Counted from the stretch's first letter, positions 8,967 to 18,163 are shown. The stretch is DNA of 46,498 nt from Pseudomonadota bacterium (GCA_963205465.1 CAUJKG010000020.1:1-46498); one strand, 5' to 3'. Notes: generated by a model from the sequence alone, not told the origin. Translations and numbers: made by a program.

Positions 8967-9965
8967 ATGAGTCTGAAGAGGAGAACCTTTCTGCAAGGCG
9001 CCGGCGCGGTTGCCGGTCTGTCCGTGCTCGGCGCGCCCGCCATCGCGCAGAGCAAGACCAAGGTGAAGGTCGGCTATCTGCATACGCCGGCCGTTGACGG
9101 CCAGATCTGGACCGGGATCAATAACGGCAGCTTCGGCAAACAGGGCCTCGACCTGGAAATGATCCAGTTCACGACCGGCCTCGAACTGTTCCAGGCCATG
9201 ATCGGCGGCAGTCTCGACGTGCTGGCGACCGGTGCGGTGATCTCGAACTTCCCTGCGCGCGGCCAGGGTAAAGCGTTCCTCATCAACAACGTCGAATTCG
9301 CCACTGCGCAGCTCTGGGTGAACGAGAGCATCAAGAGCTTCGCCGACCTCAAGGGCAAGAAAATTTCGACCACCACCGGCACCACCGCGCACGTCTTCCT
9401 CGACAACGCGCTGCGTGCAAACAAGATCGATCCCAACGACGTCGAGATCGTGAACCAGCGCATGGCGGAAGCGGTGACCTCCTTCATCTCCGGCGCGGTG
9501 CCGGCAGTAGCGCTCTGGGTGCCGTTCGACGTGACCGTGAAGGCGAAGGCGAAAGGCGTGCGCAAGCTCGTCGACGCATCGGCCTATTATCCGCAGGCGG
9601 CCATCGTGGGCGGCTGGGCAGCGCGCAACGACTACTACGACAAGAACCGCGAGACCTGCCAGAAGATCATCCGTGGCTGGCAGGAAGCGAACGACTACCT
9701 GATCGGGCCGAAATCCGCGGAAGCGGTCGCTGCACTCCAGAAGTCGCAATATCCGCAGGTGCCGCTTCCCGACTTCCAGGAGCAGTTCAAAGCCTCGCGT
9801 TATTTCGGCTCGGTCGAATGGCGCAAGCTCTACGCAGACGGCACGGTCACCAAGTGGCTGCAGCAGGTCAGCGACTTCTTCGTGAAGTTCGGCAAGATCC
9901 AGAACGCGGTTCCTGCAAACCAGTATTTCGATCCGAAACTCTTCATCGAAACGATCAAGGTTTGA
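8967..9965 (+). CDS. ABC transporter substrate-binding protein, NMT1/THI5-like (SsuA/TauA type)
   Basis: Twin-arginine signal MSLKRRTFLQGAGAVAGLSVLGAPAIAQ. ATG 8967 is preceded by AGGGAGAAAG. An alternative ATG at 8940 overlaps the ATPase stop. Confidence 0.9.
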   Translation: MSLKRRTFLQGAGAVAGLSVLGAPAIAQSKTKVKVGYLHTPAVDGQIWTGINNGSFGKQGLDLEMIQFTTGLELFQAMIGGSLDVLATGAVISNFPARGQGKAFLINNVEFATAQLWVNESIKSFADLKGKKISTTTGTTAHVFLDNALRANKIDPNDVEIVNQRMAEAVTSFISGAVPAVALWVPFDVTVKAKAKGVRKLVDASAYYPQAAIVGGWAARNDYYDKNRETCQKIIRGWQEANDYLIGPKSAEAVAALQKSQYPQVPLPDFQEQFKASRYFGSVEWRKLYADGTVTKWLQQVSDFFVKFGKIQNAVPANQYFDPKLFIETIKV

Positions 9966-11557
9966 TGCAGGAATACGACTATATCGTCGTGGGGGCCGGT
10001 TCGGCGGGATGTATCCTGGCGAACCGGCTTTCCGCCAATCCGGATGCGCAGGTTCTCTTGCTGGAGGCCGGCGGCCCGGACCGGAATTTCTGGCTGCGCC
10101 TTCCGGTCGGCTACTACCGGACAATCTACGACACCCGCTTCTCCCGCCTGTTCGATACCGAGCCGAGCGAAGGCAGCGGCGGCCGGAACGTGGTCTGGCC
10201 GCGCGGCAGGATTGTCGGCGGCTCTTCTTCCATCAACGGGCTGATCTTCATTCGCGGCCAGCGTGACGATTTCGACGATTGGGAAAAGCTCGGCGCGAAG
10301 GGCTGGTCGTATCATTCGGTCCTGCCGTATTTCAAAAAGATCGAAAGCTACAGCGGCGGCGAGAGCCAGTATCACGGCTCCTTCGGCGAAATCGGCGTCT
10401 CCGATCTGCGCAACGAGAACGCATCCTGCGCCGCTTGGATCGAGGCGGCGACGCAATTCGGTCTGCCGCGCAATCCAGACTTCAACGCCGAGAGTACCTA
10501 TGGCGTCGGCGCGTACCAATTGAGCATCAAGAACGGCTGGCGCTCCAGCTCGTCGCGCGAATTTCTCAACCCCGTGCGCGGGCGTAAGAACCTCCACGTC
10601 GTCACGAACGCGCTCGCAAGCCGCGTGTTGTTCAAGGGCAGCCGCGCCACCGGCGTCGAGTTCATCCGCAACGGCAAACGCGAAGAGGTTCGCACGCGCA
10701 AGGAAGTCATCCTTTCGAGTGGTTCGCTGCAGTCACCACAACTGTTGCAGCTTTCCGGCGTCGGCCCCGCCGATCTCCTGCGCAGGCACAGCATTCCGGT
10801 CGTCGCCGATCTTCCCGGCGTCGGCGAGAATTTGCAGGACCACTATCAGGTGCGGACCATCGTGAAGCTGAAGACCGGGGACTCGCTCAACGACGCCGTG
10901 CGCAATCCGATCAAGCTCGCGGCTATGGGTTTGCAGTGGCTATTCGGAAACCGCGGCCCCCTCACCGTCGGCGCCGGTCAGGTCGGTGGCGGCGCCTGCA
11001 CGCAATATGCGCAGAACGGACGGCCCGATATTCAGTTCAACGTCATGCCGCTCTCGGTCGATAAGCCCGGCGAACCCTTGCACAATTACTCCGGCTTCAC
11101 CGCCTCGGCCTGGCAGTGCCACCCGCGCTCGCGCGGCACAGTAACGATCCGCTCAACCGATCCAGCCGAGCAACCGCGGATCGAGCCTCGGTATCTCTCC
11201 GAGGAGATCGATCAGAAGACCATCGTCGCGGCACTCGAGATCATGCGCGATATCTACCGGCAGCCGGCGTTCCGCGATTTCTGGAGCGAGGAAGTCGTGC
11301 CGGGGGCGCAGGCGAAAACTTACGAGGATCTGCTCGCCTTCGCGCGAAACGGCGGCGGGACGGTGTTTCACGCCGTCGGCACCTGCCGCATGGGTAGCGA
11401 CGATCGGGCCGTCGTCGATCCGAGCTTAAAAGTTCGCGGCGTAGAAGGATTGCGCGTCGCCGACGCTTCGATCATGCCGACGATCACATCCGCCAATACC
11501 AACGCCGCTTCGCTGATGATCGGCGAGAAGGCCGCAAGCCATATCCTCAACGGCTAG
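9965..11557 (+). CDS. GMC-family FAD oxidoreductase (choline/alcohol dehydrogenase-like)
   Basis: Contains DYIVVGAGSAGC, the GMC signature GGSSSINGLIFIRG, and the C-terminal HAVGTCRMG. ATG 9965 overlaps the SBP stop by 1 nt (TGATG). The track start at 9818 lies inside the SBP gene. Confidence 0.9.
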   Translation: MQEYDYIVVGAGSAGCILANRLSANPDAQVLLLEAGGPDRNFWLRLPVGYYRTIYDTRFSRLFDTEPSEGSGGRNVVWPRGRIVGGSSSINGLIFIRGQRDDFDDWEKLGAKGWSYHSVLPYFKKIESYSGGESQYHGSFGEIGVSDLRNENASCAAWIEAATQFGLPRNPDFNAESTYGVGAYQLSIKNGWRSSSSREFLNPVRGRKNLHVVTNALASRVLFKGSRATGVEFIRNGKREEVRTRKEVILSSGSLQSPQLLQLSGVGPADLLRRHSIPVVADLPGVGENLQDHYQVRTIVKLKTGDSLNDAVRNPIKLAAMGLQWLFGNRGPLTVGAGQVGGGACTQYAQNGRPDIQFNVMPLSVDKPGEPLHNYSGFTASAWQCHPRSRGTVTIRSTDPAEQPRIEPRYLSEEIDQKTIVAALEIMRDIYRQPAFRDFWSEEVVPGAQAKTYEDLLAFARNGGGTVFHAVGTCRMGSDDRAVVDPSLKVRGVEGLRVADASIMPTITSANTNAASLMIGEKAASHILNG

Positions 11558-11775
11558 ATGGCTTTTAAGAACTCCGCGCGGATCGAAGCGCCAGCTGGTC
11601 CGGGCCGGAACGCCTACGATAAGGCGCGGCAACGGCCTGCTCCACTGAGACGAGAGTATTCCTTCGAGATCGCGAACCTTCATGCCGACACCCTGACCGA
11701 ACGACAGGGCACTCCAGTGATGCCGACCGCACGAGCAATAGCTTCGAGGCGCAGTCTATGGCTGACAGCATACGC

Positions 11776-11822
11776 AAAAAAACCGGCTTCCCGAGAGACG
11801 GTCTGCCTCCGAAAGCCGGCTC
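11776..11822 (-). terminator. Rho-independent terminator after the cytochrome c gene
   Basis: On the minus strand the sequence reads AGCCGGCTTTCGGAGG...CTCGGGAAGCCGGT followed by TTTTTTT. It begins about 39 nt after the stop at 11861. Confidence 0.75.
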
Positions 11823-11860
11823 TTATTCCGGGGCGTCCGCACGCGAAGCGCGCGCCGCTG

Positions 11861-12253
11861 CTACTGCTTCTTGCCGTCCTTGTCGTATTGCTTGAGGAAG
11901 GCAGTTAGGTTGGCAATTTCCGTATCGTTCTTGATGCCAATGAACGCCATACGATTGCCCGGCATGAAGGCTTTCGGATCCTTGATGTAGGTTGCGAAGG
12001 TCTTCTCGTCCCAGACAACGCCGGAATTCTTGTTCGCGTCGCTATATTTAAAGCCATCGATGGTGCCCGCCTTGCGGCCGAAAAGGCCGTTCAAAACTGG
12101 GCCCACGCCATTCTTCGCATTCTCGCCGACGGTGTGACACGCGCGGCACTTGTTGAAGGACTTCTGCCCGTCGGCAATATCCTGGGCATTGGCAAGACCC
12201 GCGAGCGCCGAAAGCATGGCGGCCAGCGGAAGCGTTATGATCAGAGTTCGCAT
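11861..12253 (-). CDS. Class I monohaem cytochrome c (c2/c550-like), periplasmic
   Basis: Signal peptide MRTLIITLPLAAMLSALAGLANA, haem motif CRACH and a distal Met region (FMPGNRMAF). AAGGAA RBS. It is the last gene of the minus-strand sox unit. Confidence 0.9.
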   Translation of the reverse strand: MRTLIITLPLAAMLSALAGLANAQDIADGQKSFNKCRACHTVGENAKNGVGPVLNGLFGRKAGTIDGFKYSDANKNSGVVWDEKTFATYIKDPKAFMPGNRMAFIGIKNDTEIANLTAFLKQYDKDGKKQ

Positions 12254-12334
12254 GATTTTCCTTCGGCGTTTTCTTAGTCACGAAAACCGGCACGCTCCGA
12301 TATTGCGAAGCGCGCCGGACTCTTTTTTGTTTCT

Positions 12335-13612
12335 CTAGCCAAACATGTCTGCGGAGATTGCGCTGTACCAGCCCATGTTTTCCACCTGGGTGGCCTTGCG
12401 CAACTCGGCGGATTCTCCGGTCTTGGAGATAAAGGTTTCGACTGCGGCGATCTTGCCGTCCTTGGCTTCATAACGGCCACCGACCTTCACGGTGTCGTCT
12501 GTTTCGATCAGACTCCAGCACGTATTGGCGTAACGTGCCGGGAAAGTATCCGACTTCGTCAACTCGCCGCGGATCATCAGCGCCGCAACCTTGGCCTGGC
12601 TGTTGGCGGAGAACGCCGACTTCGGCATGTCACCGGCGATGCATGCGTCACCGAGCACGTAAATGTTCGGATCGACGGCCGACTTCATGTTGGTCGGATC
12701 GATCTGGCAAAAGCCGCCGGCATTGGCGAGCTTGGCGTCGAGCGCGATGGTGCCAGCCGTCTGCGCCGGGATCACGTTGACGAGCGCGGCTTTGTAGGTC
12801 TCGAAGCCGGTAACGACGGTGTTGGTCTTCGGGTCCACCGATTTCAGGCCGTCATGCACCTTCGGCCCGAGCCATTCGACCATGCCCTTGTAGTATTTCT
12901 CCCAGCCTTCCTGAAACAGGCCCTGCTTGGAGAAATTTTCCTTCGGATCGATGACGATGATCTTGCTCTTGTTCTTGCCTGCGGCCTTCAACGCATGCGC
13001 CATCATCGAAACGCGCTCATAGGGCCCCGGCGGGCAACGGTAGGGATTGGGCGGGGCTATCATCACGATCAGGCCGCCGTCCGGCACTTCGTCGAGCCGC
13101 TTTTTGAGCAACAAGGTTTGCGCGCCGGGCTGCCACGCATGCGGCATGACCTCTTCGTGCTCCTTGCCCCAGCCGGGAACGGAATCGTATTTCAGCGCGA
13201 TGCCCGGCGAGATCACCAGCCGGTCGTAGGAAAGCCGCGATCCGTCCGCGAGCACGACTTCCTTCTTGTCGCGATCGATCGCCTTGGCCCATTGGTGATT
13301 CATCTTCACGCCGTAAGCGGAAGCGACCTTCTCGTAGCCATGGGTGATCGAGTCGTAACTGCGGAAGCCGCCAAGATAGAGATTCGAATGGAAGCAGGTC
13401 TGGTAGCGCTTCAGCGGCTCGACCAGCGTGACGTCGATCGCGCCCTTGCTGTCTCTGGCGATATATTTGGCAGCCGTGACGCCGCCCGCGCCACCACCGA
13501 TCACCACCACTTTCGGCTTGGCCTGGCCGAGCACACCAGCCGTTCCGAATGCCGATACACCGGCGACTGCTGCCGACGTCTGCAAAAACCTTCTACGTGT
13601 GAACTGGTTCAT
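12335..13612 (-). CDS. soxF: Flavocytochrome c sulfide dehydrogenase flavoprotein subunit (SoxF/FccB)
   Basis: Tat signal MNQFTRRRFLQTSAAVAGVSAF, FAD fold KVVVIGGGAGGVTAAKY and an FccB-like C-terminus (GWYSAISADMFG). Trimmed to ATG 13612, which is preceded by GGAGGAAG. Confidence 0.85.
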   Translation of the reverse strand: MNQFTRRRFLQTSAAVAGVSAFGTAGVLGQAKPKVVVIGGGAGGVTAAKYIARDSKGAIDVTLVEPLKRYQTCFHSNLYLGGFRSYDSITHGYEKVASAYGVKMNHQWAKAIDRDKKEVVLADGSRLSYDRLVISPGIALKYDSVPGWGKEHEEVMPHAWQPGAQTLLLKKRLDEVPDGGLIVMIAPPNPYRCPPGPYERVSMMAHALKAAGKNKSKIIVIDPKENFSKQGLFQEGWEKYYKGMVEWLGPKVHDGLKSVDPKTNTVVTGFETYKAALVNVIPAQTAGTIALDAKLANAGGFCQIDPTNMKSAVDPNIYVLGDACIAGDMPKSAFSANSQAKVAALMIRGELTKSDTFPARYANTCWSLIETDDTVKVGGRYEAKDGKIAAVETFISKTGESAELRKATQVENMGWYSAISADMFG

Positions 13613-13691
13613 CTCCCGCTTCCTCCTTCTGTTTCGTTGTCCGGCAGCGTCTGCCGTTCTTTTTATTCTACCCGCTACAGCACTCGTACTA

Positions 13692-14045
13692 TTACTTTCC
13701 TTCGCCTTCAAAGTACGCCGCCAGAGCGGCGATTTCCTCATCCGTCAAACGGGACGCGATGGTCCGCATCACCTCGTTGTCGCGCTCCTTCGCCCGATAG
13801 GATTTGACCACGGCAACGAACTGATCCCTGGGCCATCCGACGATGGCGGGAATTCCAGCCGAGGCACCCGAGAGCTGATGACAGGACGTGCATTCGGACG
13901 CGAGATACTGCCCCAGTGCCTTGTTGTCGGCGTAGACCTGAGGCGCAAAAAGTACGGTGGCGATGCAGGGCCCGAACCGCCAGCACCGCAGCGCGCGACA
14001 GGCGCTTCCCTTCTGCGGCTTTGTCCGGGCTGTTGTCTCCTTCAT
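13692..14045 (-). CDS. soxE: Small monohaem c-type cytochrome, likely SoxF partner (SoxE/FccA-like)
   Basis: Single CTSCH motif and a hydrophobic N-terminus. ATG 14045 shares 1 nt with the soxD stop (TGATG). The gene lies immediately upstream of soxF. Confidence 0.65.
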   Translation of the reverse strand: MKETTARTKPQKGSACRALRCWRFGPCIATVLFAPQVYADNKALGQYLASECTSCHQLSGASAGIPAIVGWPRDQFVAVVKSYRAKERDNEVMRTIASRLTDEEIAALAAYFEGEGK

Positions 14046-14716
14046 CAATCGACCTTCGGCGCGTTCTTGTTCTCTTCGGGGGTCACGTCGATGGCGCGTG
14101 CCTTGTTGAGCACCGTAACTTCCTTCTTGCAGTTGGTCATACAGACCTTTTTGTTCCAGAACGCCTTTTCCGCTTTTTCGCGATCGTCGTCATAAAACCC
14201 TTCCGCGTTCGGAAGTTTTACCTTGCCGAAATTCTCTTTCGAAAGAACGAAATCGTCGGGAACGATATTATTCATATTCAGAAGAAAGGCGACGATCGCA
14301 TAGGTGTCGTCCGCACTCAGGGACTGCGCGTTGCCGTAAGGCATGGCGCGGCGGATATAATCATAAACGGTGGACAGGTAAGGCCAGAACGAGCCGACCG
14401 TTTTTTCTGGCCGATCCGACTTCAACGAGTTGAGACCACCGGCCAGCACCGGCCAGCGTCCTGCGCCTTCGCCGAACTCGCCATGACACGACGCGCATTG
14501 CGCAAGAAACAGTTCCTCCCCCTGCTTCACGCTGCCTTTGCCCGGCGGCAGGCCCTGCCCATCCGGCCTCACGTCGATGTCCCAGGCCGCAACTTCCTCA
14601 GGCAGCGCGACGCGGCCGAGATTGAGCTTTTGCGCGGCGACTGGATACGACAAGAATGCAAGCGCCAGAACCGCGCAAAGGATTTTAAGAGACTTCGACA
14701 TTTTCGGTCTCGCCAT
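14045..14716 (-). CDS. soxD: Cytochrome c subunit of sulfane dehydrogenase (SoxD), monohaem form
   Basis: Signal peptide (SLKILCAVLALAFLSYPVAAQ) and a single CASCH motif. It overlaps the soxC 3' end. The start is either ATG 14716 or ATG 14701. Confidence 0.8.
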   Translation of the reverse strand: MARPKMSKSLKILCAVLALAFLSYPVAAQKLNLGRVALPEEVAAWDIDVRPDGQGLPPGKGSVKQGEELFLAQCASCHGEFGEGAGRWPVLAGGLNSLKSDRPEKTVGSFWPYLSTVYDYIRRAMPYGNAQSLSADDTYAIVAFLLNMNNIVPDDFVLSKENFGKVKLPNAEGFYDDDREKAEKAFWNKKVCMTNCKKEVTVLNKARAIDVTPEENKNAPKVD

Positions 14717-16013
14717 TCTTGTGCACCAGCCAGGTCTGGATGCCGTTATTATGGTAGATTGAATTCACGCCGCGCACTTTGCGCAGTTCTTCTTTCGTCG
14801 GCTGCACGTAGCCGGTGGAGTCGAAGGCGCGCGACTGCACCAGCAGTTCCTCGCCACTCCAGTTGATGTCGACATAAAAGCGCGTCAGCGACATCGGCAG
14901 CACCGGACCATCGATCCGCGCGGTGCTCCAGTTCTTGCCACCATCGATCGAGACATCGACCCGCGTGATGTGACCGCGGCCGGACCAAGCGAGCCCGGTA
15001 AGAACGTTCGGCCCTTTGTGCTTGAGCGGCGCCTGCGGGCTCGGATTGGTAACGACCGATTTTGCATCCATCACATAAGTGAAGCGGCGAGATTTGCCGT
15101 CCGCGAGCAGGTCCGTGTATTTCGAAGTTTCCTCGCGATGCTGCCATGGCTCGTCGCCGACCTTGATGCGGCGCAGCCACTTGACCCACATATTGCCTTC
15201 CCAGCCCGGCACCACGATGCGGAGCGGATAGCCCTGCTCCGGACGAAGCGCCTCGCCGTTCATGCCCCAGGCGACGATGCAATCCTTCAGCGCCTTCTCG
15301 AGCGGGATCGAGCGTGTCATCGCGGCGGAGTCCGAACCCTCCGCAAGGATCCATTTCGCGTTGGTCCGCACGCCCGCCTGATCGAGCAAAGTCTTCAGCG
15401 GAATGCCGGTGTACATGACGTTGTGCACCATGCCGTGCGTATATTGGCAGCCGTTCAACTGCGCGCCGCGCCACTCCATGCCGCTGTTGGCCGCACACTC
15501 CAGGAAATAGATCTTGTTCACGCGGCCGGGGAAACGCTTGAGATCTTCCATCGTGAACACGAGCGGCTTGTCGACGAGGCCGCTGATCATCAACCGGTGT
15601 TGCGCCGGATCGATTTCGGCGATGCCGCCGTGGTGACGCTCGAAGCACAACCCGCTCGGCGTGATGATGCCGTCAAGCTCGTGCAGCGGCGTGAAGTTTA
15701 CGGAGGACTCGCGGCTGGCCGTGAGCCATTCGACGTCTCGCCGCACGACATTCTTCTCGAATTTGGACGGCGAGCCGTAAGGCCGCGCAGCGACGCCATC
15801 GCCGAGATAACGCGACCAGTCCGGCAATTCGGTAATTGCGGGATCGGGCTTGGTCGGCGATTGCGCCAGAGCCGGCATCGACGTAGCAACGGCAGCGCCG
15901 GCAAGACCGGCTGCGGTCAGAAAGCGTCTGCGGTCCAGCGTCTTGCCGGAAGTGCCACTGGTAACGCGTTCATTGCCGCGAACCTGATCGGTACTCTTGT
16001 GCCTGAGATCCAT
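14685..16013 (-). CDS. soxC: Sulfane dehydrogenase molybdopterin subunit (SoxC, sulfite-oxidase family)
   Basis: Tat signal LDRRRFLTAAGLAGAAVATSMPALAQ, the Mo-ligand cysteine context YFLECAANSG, and a dimerisation-domain-like C-terminus. Confidence 0.9.
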   Translation of the reverse strand: MDLRHKSTDQVRGNERVTSGTSGKTLDRRRFLTAAGLAGAAVATSMPALAQSPTKPDPAITELPDWSRYLGDGVAARPYGSPSKFEKNVVRRDVEWLTASRESSVNFTPLHELDGIITPSGLCFERHHGGIAEIDPAQHRLMISGLVDKPLVFTMEDLKRFPGRVNKIYFLECAANSGMEWRGAQLNGCQYTHGMVHNVMYTGIPLKTLLDQAGVRTNAKWILAEGSDSAAMTRSIPLEKALKDCIVAWGMNGEALRPEQGYPLRIVVPGWEGNMWVKWLRRIKVGDEPWQHREETSKYTDLLADGKSRRFTYVMDAKSVVTNPSPQAPLKHKGPNVLTGLAWSGRGHITRVDVSIDGGKNWSTARIDGPVLPMSLTRFYVDINWSGEELLVQSRAFDSTGYVQPTKEELRKVRGVNSIYHNNGIQTWLVHKNGETENVEVS

Positions 16014-16020
16014 AGCTCAC

Positions 16021-17718
16021 CTACGTTCCGGAAATGCGGACACTGCTGTTCGGCTCAATGCGAACGGTTTTGACTTGCGAGAGGTATTTCTCGACGACCT
16101 CCCAGATCGGCGGGCCTTCGACGTTCTGGTTCACGCTCGCCCAGCCGGAGATCGCATAAGACTTGCCGGCTTCGATCGGCTTGTTCGAAGCAAGATGCGT
16201 GAGGCCGGTTATCCTGCTGCCCATGCTCTTCGACACGTCGATCGAATAGCCAAGGCCGCCGACGCGAACCATGTCGCCGCCCGCCTGGAAATATGGATCG
16301 GGGTGGAAAATGTTGTCGGCAACATCCTCGAGCATCACCTTGATCTGTTCGCCGGTCATGGTGGTGCGGTAACAGGCCGGATAGGTAATGGCGGTGGCGT
16401 TCGCGATCGCCTCGAAGGTGATCGGATCGCCGGGAAGAAGCGAGCCGCCCCAGCGGAAACCCGGAGAGAGCGCGAGTTCGGTATCGCGCTCCTTCATCAT
16501 CGCCTGACAGATCAGGTCGTCGAAGGTGCCGTTGAAATTGCCGCGGCGGTACAGGAGCGATTCCGTTCTCGCTATCTCGCGCGACAACACGGCCTTGAAC
16601 GGCGCACGAATGGTTTCGACCAGCGCCTTCATCTCGGCATCCGGCGCAATCGCATCCGAGAAGACCGGCATCAGCTTGTAGCGAACGCCCGCGACCTTCT
16701 TCTGCCTCACCTCGATATCGAGGCGAGCAAGGAATTTTCCGTGAGACCCTGCGCCCACCAGCACCGTATCGCCGACGCGCACCAGGTCCGGCACTGCGTC
16801 ATGGGTATGCGCCGTCAGGATAATATCGATGCCTTTGACGCGGCCCGCGAGCTTTTTGTCGATATCGAAACCATTGTGGGACAAGAGCACTACGACATCG
16901 GCGCCTTCGGCCCGCGCCGTCTCGACTTCCTTCTGTAACTCGGCTTCACGTAGCCCGAACTCCCAGTCCGGTATCATCCACCGCGGATTGGCGATCGGCG
17001 TTCTCGGCATGGCCTGCCCGATCACGTCGATCCGCGCACCACCTTTTTCGTAAGACTTGCGCGCGGCGAACACCGGCTCCTGCCATTCAAGGCTGCGGAT
17101 ATTCTGCGCAAGAAATGCGAAAGGCGCCTTGTCGGTGATTTCCTTCACGCGGTCTGCGCCGAGCGTGAATTCCCAATGACCGACCATCGCGTCCACGCCG
17201 AGCTTGACCATGGCGTCGACCATGTCCTGCCCTTTGGTCTGCATGGAAGACCAGCTGCCCTGCCAGGTGTCGCCGCCGTCGAGCAAGAGCACGTTATCCG
17301 CGCCGCGCTCGGCACGAATCATTTTCACGAGCGTCGCGATGCGATCGAGACCGCCCATGCGGCCGTAGTTTTTCGCGAGCTGCGTGAAGTCTTCAGCGGT
17401 CAGCGCATAGGCATCCGCGCTGCCGGCCGCAATCTTGAAATAGTCGCGGAACGCCTTGTCGGTCAGATGCGGCGGCTGGCCCGCACTCTCTCCTATGCCG
17501 AGATTAACGGAAGGCTCGCGGAAATAAATCGGTTCGAGCTGCGCGTGGATATCAGTCAGGTAAAGGAGCGAAATCGAACCGAGCTTGTCGAATTGCAGGA
17601 TCTGCTCTGCGGTCAGGCGTTGTTGCGCAGCCACACGCCCCAGAGAGCCAAGGCCGGAGGCGCCTGTCATGGCAGACGCCAAGGCGGCAGCCTGCAAAAA
17701 ATCGCGACGAGATATCAT
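16021..17718 (-). CDS. soxB: Thiosulfohydrolase SoxB (dimanganese 5'-nucleotidase family)
   Basis: Tat signal MISRRDFLQAAALASAMTG, metallophosphoesterase motifs (LLYLTDIHAQ, GGDTWQGS, GHWEF), 565 aa. Confidence 0.95.
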   Translation of the reverse strand: MISRRDFLQAAALASAMTGASGLGSLGRVAAQQRLTAEQILQFDKLGSISLLYLTDIHAQLEPIYFREPSVNLGIGESAGQPPHLTDKAFRDYFKIAAGSADAYALTAEDFTQLAKNYGRMGGLDRIATLVKMIRAERGADNVLLLDGGDTWQGSWSSMQTKGQDMVDAMVKLGVDAMVGHWEFTLGADRVKEITDKAPFAFLAQNIRSLEWQEPVFAARKSYEKGGARIDVIGQAMPRTPIANPRWMIPDWEFGLREAELQKEVETARAEGADVVVLLSHNGFDIDKKLAGRVKGIDIILTAHTHDAVPDLVRVGDTVLVGAGSHGKFLARLDIEVRQKKVAGVRYKLMPVFSDAIAPDAEMKALVETIRAPFKAVLSREIARTESLLYRRGNFNGTFDDLICQAMMKERDTELALSPGFRWGGSLLPGDPITFEAIANATAITYPACYRTTMTGEQIKVMLEDVADNIFHPDPYFQAGGDMVRVGGLGYSIDVSKSMGSRITGLTHLASNKPIEAGKSYAISGWASVNQNVEGPPIWEVVEKYLSQVKTVRIEPNSSVRISGT

Positions 17719-17799
17719 TGGCAGAAACCGCTTTTCGGTTGCCTCAGTAAAGTCCGATTTGAATTTTGAAGGAGCCGCGCGAGCGGCTTCTACAACTGC

Positions 17800-18126
17800 T
17801 TACGCCAGCTGAATCTTGTTCGTTGAGACGTATTCGCTGCCGTCATCATCCTTCCAGACGAACTTGAACTCGCCCGCTTCGCTCACCTTGAAGTAGAACG
17901 ACTGATACGGGTTCGCCGAGATCGCCGGATGCCAGTCCGATTCCAGGAAAGGCTTACCGTTGAACGACGCGGTAAAGGACTTGATGATCTTGCGCGGAAT
18001 GACCTTGCCAGAAGAGTCTTTGCGCTGGCCGGATTCCATCTCATGCGAAATCAGAGTCTTGATCTCGATGACTTCTCCCGCCTTGGCCTTGGCGGGGACG
18101 CGGACTCGGGGTGTGGGATTGCTCAT
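17800..18126 (-). CDS. soxZ: Sulfur-carrier complex subunit SoxZ
   Basis: 108 aa. The sequence (RVRVPAKAKAGEVIEIKTLISHEMESG...) and its position directly after soxY are characteristic. Confidence 0.95.
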   Translation of the reverse strand: MSNPTPRVRVPAKAKAGEVIEIKTLISHEMESGQRKDSSGKVIPRKIIKSFTASFNGKPFLESDWHPAISANPYQSFYFKVSEAGEFKFVWKDDDGSEYVSTNKIQLA

Positions 18127-18163
18127 ATCGCTACCGCTTTCTGAAAATGACTGGGCCCGCGGA

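Noticed and set aside
8829-10124. 431-aa minus-strand ORF.
   Set aside because: It runs antisense to the NMT1-type SBP and the start of the GMC gene, and has shadow-ORF composition.
11558-11908. 116-aa plus-strand ORF after the GMC gene.
   Set aside because: It runs through the terminator hairpin and into the cytochrome c gene in antisense. It is Arg/Pro/Ala-rich and has no RBS.
12335-13741. Longest-ORF N-terminal extensions on the track. Examples: soxF to 13741, soxY to 18691, soxS from 18617, GMC from 9818, ATPase from 8059, glpD to 5539, GlcG-like to 23426, CoxS to 30867, MocR from 31871, P450 to 42156.
   Set aside because: In each case the extension overlaps the neighbouring gene or intergenic promoter DNA and lacks an RBS. 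A downstream ATG or GTG has an SD sequence and/or a start-stop overlap, and places the signal peptide or first motif at the expected position.
14970-16938. Plus-strand ORFs of 367 aa (14970-16073) and 313 aa (15997-16938).
   Set aside because: They run antisense to soxC and soxB.
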